Positions 42,933 through 57,250 of a DNA stretch of 64,000 nucleotides are shown piece after piece (within the stretch, counting starts at the first letter, position 1; each line of letters begins with the position of its first letter). This DNA comes from the human T2T-CHM13v2.0 reference genome, Homo sapiens, in assembly GCF_009914755.1 (NCBI RefSeq), contig NC_060928.1; one strand, written 5' to 3'. The notes under the pieces are model-generated. The model worked only from the letters and a program-made list of their open reading frames with translations. It did not search any database and was not told the DNA's origin. Position numbers and translations under genes: made by a program.

Positions 42933-45900
42933 ATGATGAATAGAGCACTACCTCACATCTCAATACTAACATTTAATGTAAATGGCCTAAATGCACCACT
43001 TAAAAGATACAGAACGGCAGAATGAATAAGAATTCGCCAAACAAGTATCTGCTGTATTCAAGAGACTCACCTGACACATAAGGACTCACATAAACCTAAG
43101 GTAAAGGGGTGGAAGAATGAATAAGAATTCGCCAAACAAGTATCTGCTGTATTCAAGAGACTCACCTGACACATAAGGACTCACATAAACCTAAGGTAAA
43201 GGGGTGGAAGAATGAATAAGAATTCGCCAAACAAGTATCTGCTGTATTCAAGAGACTCACCTGACACATAAGGACTCACATAAACCTAAGGTAAAGGGGT
43301 GGAAAAAGTTATTCTGTGCAAATGGACACCAAAAGAGAACAGAAGTAGGTATTCTTATATCAGACAAAACAAACTTTAAAGCAACAACAGTTAAAAAAGA
43401 CAAAGAGGGACATTATATAATAATAAAAGGACTAGTCCAACAGGAAAATATCACAATCTTAAATATATATGTACCTAACACTGGAGCTCCCAAATTTATA
43501 AGACAATTACTACTAGACCTAAGAAATGAGATAGACAGCAACACAATAATAGTTGGGGACTTTAATACACCACTGACAGCACTAGACAGGTCATCAAGAC
43601 AGAAAGTCAACAAAAAAGCAATGGAGTTAAACTATACCCTAGAACAAATGGACTTAACAATATTTACAGAGCATTCTACCCAATAACTGAAGAATATACA
43701 TTCTATTCATCAGCACATGGAACATTCTCCAAGATAGACCATATGATAGGCCACATAACAAGTCTAAACAAATTTAAGAAAACTGAAATTATAGCAAGTA
43801 ATCTCCCAGACCACAGTGGAATAAAGTTGAAAATCAACTCCGAAAGGAACCCTCAAAACCATGAAAATACATGGAAATTAAATAACCTGATCCTGAATGA
43901 TCACTGGGTCAACAATGAAATCAAGATGGAAATTAAAAAAGTATTTGAACTGAATAATAGTGGCACAACCCATCAAAACCTCTGGGATACAGCAAAATTG
44001 GTGCTAAGAGGAAAGTTCGTAGCATTAAATGCCTACATCAAAAAGTCTGAAAGAGCACAGTTAGACAATCTAAGGTCACACCTCAAGGAGCTAGAAAAAC
44101 AGAAACCAAACCCAAACCCAGCAGAGGAAAAGAAATAACAAAGATCAGAGCAAAACTAAATGAAATTGGAACAAAAAAAATACAAAAGATAAATGAAACA
44201 AAAAGCTGGTTCTCTGAAAAGATAAATAAAATTGATAGACCATTAGGGAGATTAACTAAGAAGAGAGAAAAACCAAATAAGCACAATTAGAAATGAAATG
44301 GAAGATATTACAACCGATACCACGGAAATACAAAACATCATTCAAAGCTGCTATGAACACCTTTACATGCATAAATTAGAAAAACTTGAGGGAATGAATA
44401 AATTCCTGGAAATATACAGCCATCCTAGATTAAATCAGGAAGAAATAGAAACTCTGAACAGACCAATAACAAGCAGCAAGTCTGAAATGGTAATTTAAAA
44501 GTTACCAACAAAAAAAGTCTAGGATCAGATGAATTCACAGCTGAATTCTATTAGACATTCAAAGAAGAATGGGTTCCAATTCTATTCACACTATTCCACA
44601 AGATAAAGAGGGAAGCCTTCATAAATCATTCTGTGAAGCTAGTTTCCCCTTAATACCAAAACCAAAAAAGGACATAACAAAAGAAGAAAACTACAGACCA
44701 ATATCCCTGATGAACACAGATGCAAAAATTCTCAACAAAATACTAGCTAATCAAATCCAACAGCATATCGAAAAGATAATACAGCATGATCAAGTGGATT
44801 TCATACCAGGGATGCAGGGATTGTTTAACATCTGGAAGTCAATAAATGTGATATACCACATAAACAGAATTAAAAACAAAAATCAGATGATCATCTAAAT
44901 AGACACAGAAAAAGCACCTGTCAAGATCCAGCATCCCCTGATGATTAAAACTGTCAGCAAAATTTGCATAGAAAGGACATACCTTAAGGTAATAAAAGCC
45001 ATCTACAAAAAACCCACAGCCAACATTATACTGAATGGGAAAAAGCTGACAGCATTCCCCCTAAGAACTGGAACAAGACAAGTATGTGCACTTTCACTAC
45101 TTCTATTGAACATAGTTCTAGAAGTCCTAGCCAGAGCAATCAGACAAGAGAAAGGAATAAAGGGCATCCAAATCAGTAAAGAGGAAGTCAAACTATCGCT
45201 CTTTGCTGATGACATAATCATATACCTAGAAAACCCTAAAGACTCATCCAAAAGTTCCTAGAACTGATCAATAAATTCAGCAAAGATTCAGGATACAAAA
45301 TTAATGTACACAAATCAGTAGCCCTGCTATACATGAACGGCAACCAAGCTGAGAATCAAATCAAGAACTCAACCTCTTTTACAATAGCTGGAAAAAAAAA
45401 AATACTTGGGAGTACACTTAACCCAGGAGGTGAAAGACTTCTACAAGGAAAACTACCAAACACTGTTGAAAGAAATTATAGACGACACAAACAAATGGAA
45501 ACACACCTCATACACATGGATGGGTAGAATCAATATTATTAAAATGACCATACTGCCAAAAGCAATCTACAAATTTAAGGTAATACCCATCAAAATACCA
45601 ACATCATCCTTCACAGAACTAGAAAAAGCTATCCTAAAATTCATATGGAACCAAAAAAAGAGCCTACATAGCCAAAGCAAGACTAAGCAAAAAGAACAAA
45701 TCTGGAGGCATCACATTACCCAGCTTCAAACTATATTATAAGCCCATAGTAACCAAAACAGCATGGTGCTGGTATAAAAATATGCATGTAGACCAGTGGA
45801 GCAGAACAGAGAACCCAGAAATAAAGCCAAATACTTACAGTCAATTGGTCTTACACAAAACGAACAAAAACATAAAGTGGGGAAAGGACATCCTATTCAA

Positions 45901-46770
45901 CAAATGGTGCTGGGATAATTGACAAGCCACATGTAGAAGAATGAAACTGGATCCTCATCTCTCACCTTATACAAAAATCAACTCATGATGCATGGAATAC
46001 TTCAATCTAAGACCTGAAACCATAAAAATGCCAGAAGATAACATTAGAAAAACCCTTGTAGACATTGGCTTAGGCAAAGACTTCATGACCAAGAACCCAA
46101 AAGCAAATGCAGCAGAAATGAAGAAAAATAGATGAGACTTAATTAAACTTAAAGCATCTGCACAGCAAAAGAAATAGTCAGCAGAGTAAACAGACAACCC
46201 ACAGAGTCAGAGAAAATCTTCACTATCTTTACATTAGACAAAGGACTGATATCCAGAAACTACAAGGAATTCAAACAAATCAGCAAGAAGAAAGCAAACA
46301 ATCCCATCAAAAAGTGGGCTGAGGACATGAATTAAAAATTCTCAAAAGAAGATACACAAATGGCCAACAAACATATGAAAACTGCTCAACATCGTTATTA
46401 GGGAAATGCAAATCAAAACCACAATGTGATACCACCTTACTCCTGCATAAATGGCCGTAATCAAAAAATCAAAAAAAATGTTAGATGTTGGTGTGGATGT
46501 GGTGAAAAGGGAACACTTTTTCACTGTTGATGGGAATGTAAATTAATACAACCACTATGGAAAAGTCTGGAGATTCCTTAAGGAATTAAACATAGATCTA
46601 CCATTTGATCCAGCAATCCCACTCCTGGGTATCTACCCTGAGGAAAAGAAATCATACGAAAAAGCTACTTGCACACACAAGTTTATAGCAGCACCATTCA
46701 AAATTGCAAAAAATATAGAACCAGCCCAAATGCCCATCAATCAAAGAGTGGATAAAGAAAATGTGGCATA
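42933..46770 (+). pseudogene. Disrupted L1 ORF2 (endonuclease/reverse transcriptase)
   Basis: ORF-track fragments [22 protein letters not shown] and [17 protein letters not shown] (RT FADD motif); many stops and frameshifts. Confidence 0.92.
43019..43304. repeat. Perfect tandem triplication of a 95-bp unit
   Basis: identical copies in register at 43021, 43116 and 43211. Confidence 0.97.
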
Positions 46771-47337
46771 TATATCTCTATCTCTATATATTGATCTATC
46801 TATCTGTAGATATATATATATATGTATATACGTACATACACATACACCATGGAATACAACTTAGCCATAAAAAGGAAAAAACTAATGGCATTTGCAGCAA
46901 CCTGGATGAAATTGGAGATGATTATTCTCAGTGAAGTAATTCAGGAATGGAAAATCAAACATCTTATGTTCTCACTCATACCAGGCAGCTAAGCTATGAG
47001 GACGCGAAGGCGTAAGAATGATACAATGGACTTTGGGGACTCAGGGGAAAGGGTGAGAGGGAGGTGAGGGATAAAAGACTACAAATTGGGTGAGGTGTAT
47101 GTTGCTCAGGTGATGGGTGCACCAAAGTCTCAGGAATCATCACTAAAGAACTTATCCAGGTAAACACACACCACCTGTTTCCCAAAAACCTATTGAAATT
47201 TTTTAAAATGAAAAAAATGACTAAATGTTAAAAAAATCATATATGGAATAAAGGAAAATATGGGTAAAGATTTATACAATCTCAATAAATGCAGTATCTT
47301 ACTGAAGCATCATAACCAAGAATCTATAAAGAAAAAC

Positions 47338-47590
47338 TTTTTTAAATTTGTTTTTAAATTTTGTGTGTACACAGTGCGTGTATATATTTAGGGGGTACAT
47401 GAGATGCTTTGATACAGGCATGATATGTGATGTAAGTGCATCATGAAGAATGCGGTATCCACCTCCTCGAGCATTTATCCATTGAGATGCAAACAATCCA
47501 ATTATACTGTAATTTATTTTAAAAGGTACAGTTAGTTATTATAGACTATAGTCACCCTGTTGTGCTATCAAATAGTAGGTCTTATTCATT
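47338..47590 (-). mobile_element. L1MA2/3 3' end, truncated
   Basis: ggggtacatgagatgctttgatacaggcatg..tagtcaccctgttgtgctatcaaatagtaggtcttattcattc; TSD tct(a/g)taaagaaaaa. Confidence 0.85.
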
Positions 47591-48235
47591 CTGTAAAGAA
47601 AAAAATTTTGAGTTAAATTTAAAAATAAACAAACCTGAAAGACAAATTTTAAACTGAGAATTGCTTGTGTCATGAATGTCTGACAATTTAATCCTTAATA
47701 TGTTCATTCATTAGAAAATAAGAAAGAAACACATCAATGGAAAAACAGGAAAATGATACAGAAAATTTATATATACCCACATACAAATATAAACAGATAC
47801 ATATAAAAATAGTCAACCAGAGTAGTAAGCCAAAGATCGCAAACTTAGAAAACATTTTCACCATAGGCAACTGCTATCCCAATTTTAGTAAAAGTGCAGG
47901 AAAAGTCAATCTCCTAGAGTTGGTAGAAAGGTAAATTGGCACAATCTTTTTACCAATTTACCTGAGGGCAAATTTGGAAATACTTATCAAATATGTCATC
48001 AGTGTGTTCATTAAAATACATCTTGGAAATAAAACACATTTTACAAGTAAATAACTGTTGATGAGACAATGTTTAACATGCATTAATAAGTGACAAAAAT
48101 CAGATTACAAAACAAGACAAAGTATTACCCTATCTTTGTTAATAAACACATGTACATATATGTGCAGGATAATAGATAAACCATATAGAGTAACATTTTA
48201 AGAGCTACTGTGGATAACGGAATTATGGATTTTTA

Positions 48236-48237
<2 letters not shown>

Positions 48238-48266
<29 letters not shown>

Positions 48267-48542
48267 ATGGAGTCTTGCCCTGTCGCCCAGGCTGGAGTGC
48301 AGTGGCACTCTCGGCTCACTGCATGCTCTGCCTCCTGGGTTCACGCCATTCTCCTGTCTCAGCCTCCCCAGCAGCTGGGACTACAGGCGCCTGCCACCAT
48401 ACCTGGCTAATTTTTTGTATTTTTAATAGAGCCTGGGTTTCACCATGTTAGTCAGGATGGTCTCGATCTCCTGACCTTGTGATCTGCCTGCCTCGGCCTC
48501 CCAAAGTGCTGGGATTACAGGCGTGAGCCACAGCACCCAGCC
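48238..48542 (-). mobile_element. AluY
   Basis: ttcacgccattctcc..aggatggtctcgatctcc; TSD gatttttaaa. Confidence 0.95.
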
Positions 48543-49489
48543 TGATTTTTAAAACTCTTTAAAAATTTACTTTATAAAATTTTATCATTAATGTGATATT
48601 ATTTTATATTTAGAAATATAAAAAAAGTATATATTTTTCTGATTAGACCAGGATAAAGCAACTGAAGTTTTGGGGGGAAATAGAATCTGCTATAATTTAA
48701 GAGGTCAGTGTGTTTGCATTTTCAATGTGATGGATCAGACAGATGTTGCTACTTACAAGATTCCTCTTCATGACACTAAGCAGATTGGTTTCCACATAAC
48801 ATCTTTCCCAGCAGTTTTCCCTTAAGAAACTCTAACCACAGATATACAAACTACTACATCCTTTCTTGAACAAGATATTAACCTCATTTGGACATTCTAA
48901 AAATTACTGAATACTAATATCACCAGAGAAATTGTGTAAAAGTTCAGTTCCTTAGAAACAAAAATAAAATTACAACATTGTTCTTGCTAAGACACTTAAT
49001 CCCCCAAAATGAGATCACTGAATATTTAGTGTTATCACTTGTTTCCTGACCTGAGATTCCCTTCTAAAGGTTAGATTAACCTTTAGATTAACACAATGAA
49101 TACACATCTAAAATAATTCCTTTTTGGTTATTTATGAGAATATAAAAGGAAGAATTCTCCAGGTTCTCCATTCCCTCCAATCTTTTTTTCAGTAATATAA
49201 ACACTCCAGGAAATTCAAATGAACAGGAAGACTTAAACTATAGACCTTGAATCTGATCTGTTAGGATGAGAAGACAATGGAGAAAGAAGTGTGACTTTGT
49301 CTTGCTTTCCAGCAGCCACTCAGGACTCACCAGCTCCACAACGTTTATTTATCCCTTTGTAGAGTGGCAGCCTCCACTGCTGCTCCAAGATGAGTTTTGT
49401 CTCCAGATGTTTAGAAATGTCATAAAGACATGAAGAATCAGGGATTTCACCAGCATAATGATGAACATTTATGGGGGAAAGCGAATGGG

Positions 49490-49630
49490 AGGTGGTATTG
49501 TGGTGGCTGGAAAGGAGCACAAGGAAAGCTTCTGGAATTCCATTAGTTCTGTCTCTTTATCTGGATGTCAGTTACAAAGGTGTGTTCAGTTGGCAAAAAT
49601 TCAGCAATCTGTACACTTAAGACATGTGTC
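49490..49630 (+). mobile_element. L1ME 3'UTR fragment
   Basis: ggaaaggagcacaaggaaagcttctgg..gtgttcagttggcaaaaattcagcaatctgtacacttaaga. Confidence 0.7.
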
Positions 49631-49643
49631 CTAAGTTCCATAC

Positions 49644-50366
<723 letters not shown>

Positions 50367-51569
50367 TACTGCTCCAGGTTCTATGAAAATTAACCATTTG
50401 TTATGTTTGCAGGCCAACTTTTTTTTAAGATAGTGTTTGTCAAAATCAGTGGGGAAGAAAAACATATATATTCATTTTACCTGATTTATTGACTCCATTT
50501 TAATCATTGTAAAGTGTTTTTAGGTATATTAACCTGATTTTCTTACATACAAGCTTTGTATATTTGGGGAAAAAAATCCCACAAACACTGAAATAATGCC
50601 TATATCTAGTTGGTAATTGATTAGAACAGATTTTAGCAAATCATACTTAAATGTCTCTGAATTTGGCATGCCTCACCTCACCAGGTTTGCTGCAATTTTG
50701 GAACTCATAATTTTTCCTATTTAGTGAGAAATTTCTAAAATCAAATTTTAAAATCATATCATGTAACATCAAAATGACAGAAGCTATCAGCAACATATCT
50801 ACAAGATTATTTTAGATGTGTTAAATTCGTATGTCCAAACTGCTTTAGACTAGTGTGAAACAAATATGAATAAAAGACACCTCTTCTAGGATTTGGAAAG
50901 ACAATCACTCCTATTGCTTTTTGTGACAAAGCAATTGTCACAAAAGCATGAGGCAGCTGCTGCTACAGATATGTTCAAGGACTTACTTGAGCACAGAAGA
51001 TCGAGTCATCAACTGTACTTGGGCATCATCAAGAAAGATGGCACATGAGTAGGGTCTTAAATTAGCTAATTAAGCTCCTGCAAGTCTCTCAATATTCTCC
51101 CAGCTCTAACTTCCTTGTTTGTTGAACATAAATCCTAATGCCAACCTTTTGGTTTGTTTGAGATTAGGGAAGGGGCATATAATGAGCTTGTCAAAGTGCT
51201 TACCCATTGACTAACAGCACTAACAGGAACAGGAACATTACAAAGCATAACAGCTGTTCAAATGCTATTTATTAACCTCATTTCATTTAAAATATAAGTA
51301 AAAAACTATTCTGATTGATCATTCAACTGTTCTTTACAAATCATTTATTTCCTAACATAAAATTTCTTAATCACATCCTAATTTGTGTGATCAACTCAAA
51401 ATGTTATTGACATTGTTTATAACCACTAAACTAAATGTGCAAATTATTTATTCAAAATATCTTTATGATGTAGCCTATTTTTTATGTCTTCCAAAGTAAG
51501 CACAATTTTTTCTAATGAAATTTTACCCCTGTCCTGTAAGTGATTTGAGTTTTTATGCCATTGTCTATA

Positions 51570-52500
<931 letters not shown>

Positions 52501-53009
52501 CAGATAAGCAAATGTGTCCATTTCATGGAAAATTATTATAAGCCAAAACACTGTATTTTAAAATTTGAAATAGTATATACTTTTTTGTGCTCAAGTATTC
52601 TTTCTATTAAACTGCATATAATTAAGCTGCATATAAAGTAAACAAAAACTTTATGAAAATATTTTTCAAAAGATTGGCATGGTGAGTCTTGGGAAGCGAA
52701 ATCTCTACAACTAAGTCTTGGAAAATTGGAAGAGCTGCCTGCTGGTTCCCTTTGCTCTGACCTTTGGGAGGATAACTACATCATAGATGCTGTCAATTTC
52801 TCTCATTTCCATCAACCAACCTTGAAGTGGCATTTACTGATTTCACTAAGTGAGATTCTGCTGGGGTTTGGCCTTGGGATTTCCAAATTTGTGACTTCTT
52901 ATTCTTCTGTGCACTCTTTGCCAGCCTGTCTTGGAGGAGAAATTCATATTACTGTCAAGAGAAAATTACTTCCAGTTCTTTTGCATGTCAAATCTTGTCA
53001 TTTCTGCAG

Positions 53010-53245
53010 GTGTGGCCCATTGTGACTCAGGATACGAGGTGAGGTTTTGGATTTTTATTGTCACTTTCCTTTCTGTGAACTATCTAAATGCATAACTCCC
53101 CTCCCCTCTATCTCTTTATGCACCCGTGTCACTTTGGGTATTGTTACTTAATTCCTCTTTTTTTGCAGAATGTGAGCTGTTGTACTCTCTTAGGATCTAC
53201 TTGTCAAGAAGATAATTCTACAATAAAACTTTTCAATCATAAAGT
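53010..53245 (+). other. Candidate penultimate exon (53010-53038) and terminal exon (53169-about 53240) with a poly(A) signal
   Basis: tttctgcag|..gag|gtgagg; cctctttttttgcag|; AATAAA at 53222-53227 followed by a U/GU-rich element. Confidence 0.4.
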
Positions 53246-53974
53246 TTTTGTTTAACATTCTCATAAGTGATGGGATATTTAAAATATCTATTTAAAATAA
53301 ATATATATTGACTGATTAGTAAGAGGCTGGGCCTCTTCTTTGGGAACCTCTGGAGAGTGTTAAATTAACTGATTGGCCAAGTGGGAAAGTTTAATGTTCC
53401 CCTCAGACCTGAGTAAAATATAAGGTTTCCTTTTTGTAGCCTCTCTATATTTAACACTTTGCTGTTAATAAATGCGATGCATTATCTCCTTGGACAACCA
53501 AGAAAATCTTTCTCGAATATTTCAAGGAAGGATTGTTTTAGACTGTGTTAGTTACTTAATTCACTTACATGTGATAAATGTTGTAGGTATCAGGATGGAA
53601 AATAAAGCTATTCTCTTTCACTCCAGGCAAAATCATCTCTTACCTCTGCATCTGAGCGTGGCACTACTCCCGCTCACATGAAATGCTGTTCTTGGAAGAA
53701 ATACAGATCACCTTCTACACCTGTGGTATCTCTGCAGCTCTGTCACTACCAAGTTATTGGCAATAAGGAACACACAGGGCCAACATGAGAAACCACACTG
53801 AGCCTTTCTGACACGTCAGCTACTTTTATATCACTCCTTGCTTAGAGCAAGACATAAATGGGCTCTTAATCCAAATCAGTACATTTTTGAGAACCATTTG
53901 GCAACTTCTTAAACAGGACAAGTTACATCTTAGCTGGTACAACCTTCATAGAGAGAATCCAGGTTTGGGTCTAC

Positions 53975-54110
53975 CTTGAGAGGCCATGTAGAGTATAACA
54001 GAACTGGACTGTGAGTCAGGAGACCCCCAACTCTGCTACTAACTGGCAGTGTGACCTTGGGAAGGTGCTGAATCACCTGAGAAACACATTGTTTTATCAG
54101 CTAAAATGTT
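53975..54110 (+). mobile_element. MIR
   Basis: gagtcaggagacc..ctctgctactaactggcagtgtgaccttggg. Confidence 0.75.
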
Positions 54111-54124
54111 TTTAAAGATACTAC

Positions 54125-54440
54125 TACTGTCCCTTAATGACAGGTCTGTGTTCTGAGAAATATGTCATCAGGCAATTTTGTCCTTGTGCAAACATCATAG
54201 AGTGAACTCACACAAACCTAGATGGTATAGCCCACTACACACCTAGGCTACATGGTATAGCCTATTGCTCCCAGTCTACAAACCTGTACAGCATGTTACT
54301 GTGCTGAGTCCTGCAAGCAATTGGAACACCATGGCTGCAATTTCACTAGATGACAGGAATTTTCATCTCCATTATAATCTTGTGGGTCCACCAAATGTAG
54401 TTTGTCCTTGACTGAAACGTTGCTAGGCAATGCATGACTA
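54125..54440 (+). mobile_element. Tigger3a (MER7A) DNA transposon
   Basis: gttctgagaaat..aacatcatagagtg..cacaaacctagatggtatagcc..ctacaaacctgtacagcatgttactgt..gcatgact. Confidence 0.9.
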
Positions 54441-55176
54441 TATATGATTCTATATCTATTTTGTGGCAATCTTATTAGATAAAGATAGTATTATAATAAA
54501 GCGAATACTTTGGGCTAGGATCTTCTATGGCATTAACTTTTTGATCTTCCCTCCCAGATTGAAAAGACTGCTCAGAGATTTGTGTGTCCTTTTCCCTGCC
54601 AAGACTCATAGATATGGCCAGGATGTTCTGTAACATACGCATTACAGTGCCACAGTAATCAAACTTACTGTCTGTGCAAGAAACATATGGTACAAGAATA
54701 ATAATTCTATATTTAGAAAAAGTAACTTCAGCCAAAGCTTTCAATTTCTTGAACTTCATATTCAAAAAGTCAGGAAAACATTATGTTATGTCCAGAAAAT
54801 GATTACATTCATCCATAAAGAGAAGTAAGCATAATAATAATTATGTCCTTATTAAAAACTCAAAGAATATATGTTTCTGAGTAAAGAATAGACAATGAAA
54901 ACAAAGTTCACTAATGCCAGAATATTGAGGAAGACAGCCCCTGGAGGAGGGAGGAGACTTTGTAATATAACTATAATTTTCCTAAATTAGGTGGTGCAAG
55001 TATGAAGGAATAATATTTCAAATTATGGCTTTTGGAGACTCTCTAGTTTCAGGGTGGGAAGACACCAAGTGCAGTCTTGGCTTTTATTTCTGTCTGAAAG
55101 GCAAATCTCACTGGTGGTTCTTTTATGCGCATGACAAGAGCAGTCAATTTTTTCTTCTAAGTTTCATGCCCCTGAG

Positions 55177-55374
55177 CCAGTATTGTACTGCAGCTGGACT
55201 GCATTAACTTAATAGAGCCAATTGTGCTGATGTTTCCAGCTCCCAGTTCAATGAGTCACATAGGTGACTTGAAATCAGCCAAAATAGGAGTATTTACACA
55301 ATGGAAATTGGTCAACACTCAAACCAGACCTCCCCATCAGAGCCCATTGCAAAAGATTTACCAACACAGTACTG
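55177..55374. mobile_element. MER63A-like hAT element
   Basis: ccagtattgtactgcagctgg..cttgaaatcagcc..ggagtatttacacaatggaaattgg..atttaccaacacagtactg. Confidence 0.75.
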
Positions 55375-56569
55375 CCTTGATCCCATGAACCCTGACACTC
55401 ATCTACCACAGCTCACTCTATCTTCCCACACAGCCCCATCTCCTGAGTGATGCTGCATGCATAGCGAATGAGACATTACAACTTTCTTTCAGACTCCCAG
55501 CCATGGCCCCAGCCACACTCCCCACCCACAGCCCCAGCCCCATTCGCCACCCACTTTAATAGTTCCCATATTGCAATTATAGTAAAAAGAATTGGATAAA
55601 GAAATTGGTATTGGGTAGAAATTACAGATAGATAATAGTAATAGAGTGATTAGGTCCACTGGTAGGTACATTAAAGGGCTAGTAAATACAGATTGAACGG
55701 AATTGAATCGCTTTCCTCGTCTGGTCTGGTCAATGCACATTTTTTTCCAGGGTATGAGACATAGTCAAAGTTGTCCAATAGTATCAAATAGCTCCAACGT
55801 TTCAAAGGTTTCAACTTATCTTCAGTCAAATTACTTCACTGTACACAAAAAACATAAGGCAGAAAATGGCAGGTTTTATAATCCTCATCAAATAAATGTT
55901 TCAGAGGAAGCATAGAAAGAATAAATTCTTTGCTAAAATCATACAGTGAGCCCAACTTAATTATAAATAAAAATTATCCCTTCTTAAATGTTTTACAAGC
56001 AATCACTCTTTCAATATAAGATTATAGAGTAGAAAAACATGATCGCTGTGTAACAGCTACTGATACTTTGAAAATGCAGTAAATATCTTATTCTCTTGAG
56101 TATGTCATCTTCAAACACCACTTTGAGATAAAAGTGAACAAGATTAAAAACTCAAATTTGAACATTGTTATCCATGTTGAAAATAGTGACCATCTGAAAA
56201 CACATAATTGTAAGATAGTCTTAGGAATTCTCATTGTGACAAACACTTTCCTATAACAATAATTCTTTATGTTTGTAACTTTTAGATTTGTATTCCCATT
56301 TTATTTTCACAACACTCCTTGGCAGCAATGAGTAGTATCCCATTTAACATATTACTACCATTTAACTAACGCTTAGAGACATTGTCAGTTGCTCAAAATC
56401 ACAGGAAGTTTAGTTAATTAACTTCTAATATACTTTTTATTCTGTATTGTCATTGCATGGAAGGACAAAAATAACTCTGATACGGATATTTTGTTTTAAT
56501 ATGACAATTATAACCTTAATTTTTGTAACAATTACTTTTGGATATTTTAAAATGCAAGCTATTGCTATT

Positions 56570-56790
56570 ATTATTATTTAACCACCATTGAGTGCTTACT
56601 GTGTGACAGACGTTGTGCTAGGCATTTTACCTACAGAAACTCCTTCGACATTCACAAGGATATTATAATCACCCATTTTATGTAAATGAACTGAAACTTG
56701 AAGATGATAAATAATTTTTTTCAAGATCATAATGGTAGGTGGGGATTTGAAGCATGGTACTTGTTCAACATCCTGTGAATTTCATTAGTG
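56570..56790 (-). mobile_element. MIR
   Basis: attgagtgcttactgtgtgacagacgttgtgctaggc..cccattttta. Confidence 0.7.
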
Positions 56791-57029
56791 TGTTACTATT
56801 GCTTCACCTACTACTTGGTGGTTGACCTACTCAACTCCCTTCACAGAGTTTTCTTCATAAATTAGTTTAAATGCATTTTATTTTATGCATTTAAATATCC
56901 ATAAAACAATTCATGTATCATAGTTATTAACTTTAATAATATCACTTTCTTTATGGATTCTCTCATTTATATATTCAGTTAACATTTATCCAATTAAAAA
57001 AAAAGGCAATGTTCAGTTATTGTAAAGTG

Positions 57030-57250
57030 CTTTCACTCTTGAGGTCGGACTCTGCTGAGCCTAAATCCTAACCTTACTTGTTGGGATAAGTTACTGATGC
57101 TGTCTTTGTGTCCATTTCCTGCTCTGGAAAATGGGAATAAAATGGCATCCCCTATTGATTTTTGTGTGATAATTAAGCAAATGCATGAGTACTAGGTAAT
57201 GAGAATAACGCTTCTCATACAGTGTTAGTGCTTATTAACAATTAGTGTAT
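57030..57250 (+). mobile_element. MIR
   Basis: ttgggataagttact..tttcctgctctggaaaatgggaataa. Confidence 0.6.

Larger units (their letters stand above)
40745..47218 (+). mobile_element. Full-length L1PB1 (L1PBa 5'UTR), inactive
   Basis: 5'UTR aaatggcagataggaggcaggacta; ORF1 from about 41845; ORF2; 3' end caccacctgtttcccaaaaacctattgaaa; TSD core gactaaatgt at 40735-40744 and 47219-47228. Confidence 0.93.

Noticed and set aside
43019-43304. 95-bp (and 29-bp) arrays as CRISPR-like repeats
   Set aside because: They are head-to-tail tandem copies with no unique spacers, in eukaryotic DNA with no cas genes.
40745-47218. Potentially active full-length L1
   Set aside because: It belongs to the old L1PB subfamily, and ORF1 and ORF2 are broken by many stops and frameshifts.
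50965-51055. Exon-like ORF MFKDLLEHRRSSHQLYLGIIKKDGT
   Set aside because: The sequence resembles a decayed L2 fragment, and it has no good acceptor.
54669-54706. Possible 38-nt minus-strand exon (tttctaaatatag|..aca|gtaagt)
   Set aside because: It is isolated, with no partner exons found, and such pseudo-exons are common by chance.
56866-56895. tttaaatgcat-N8-atgcatttaaa inverted repeat
   Set aside because: It is almost purely A/T with an 8-nt spacer, as expected by chance in AT-rich DNA.
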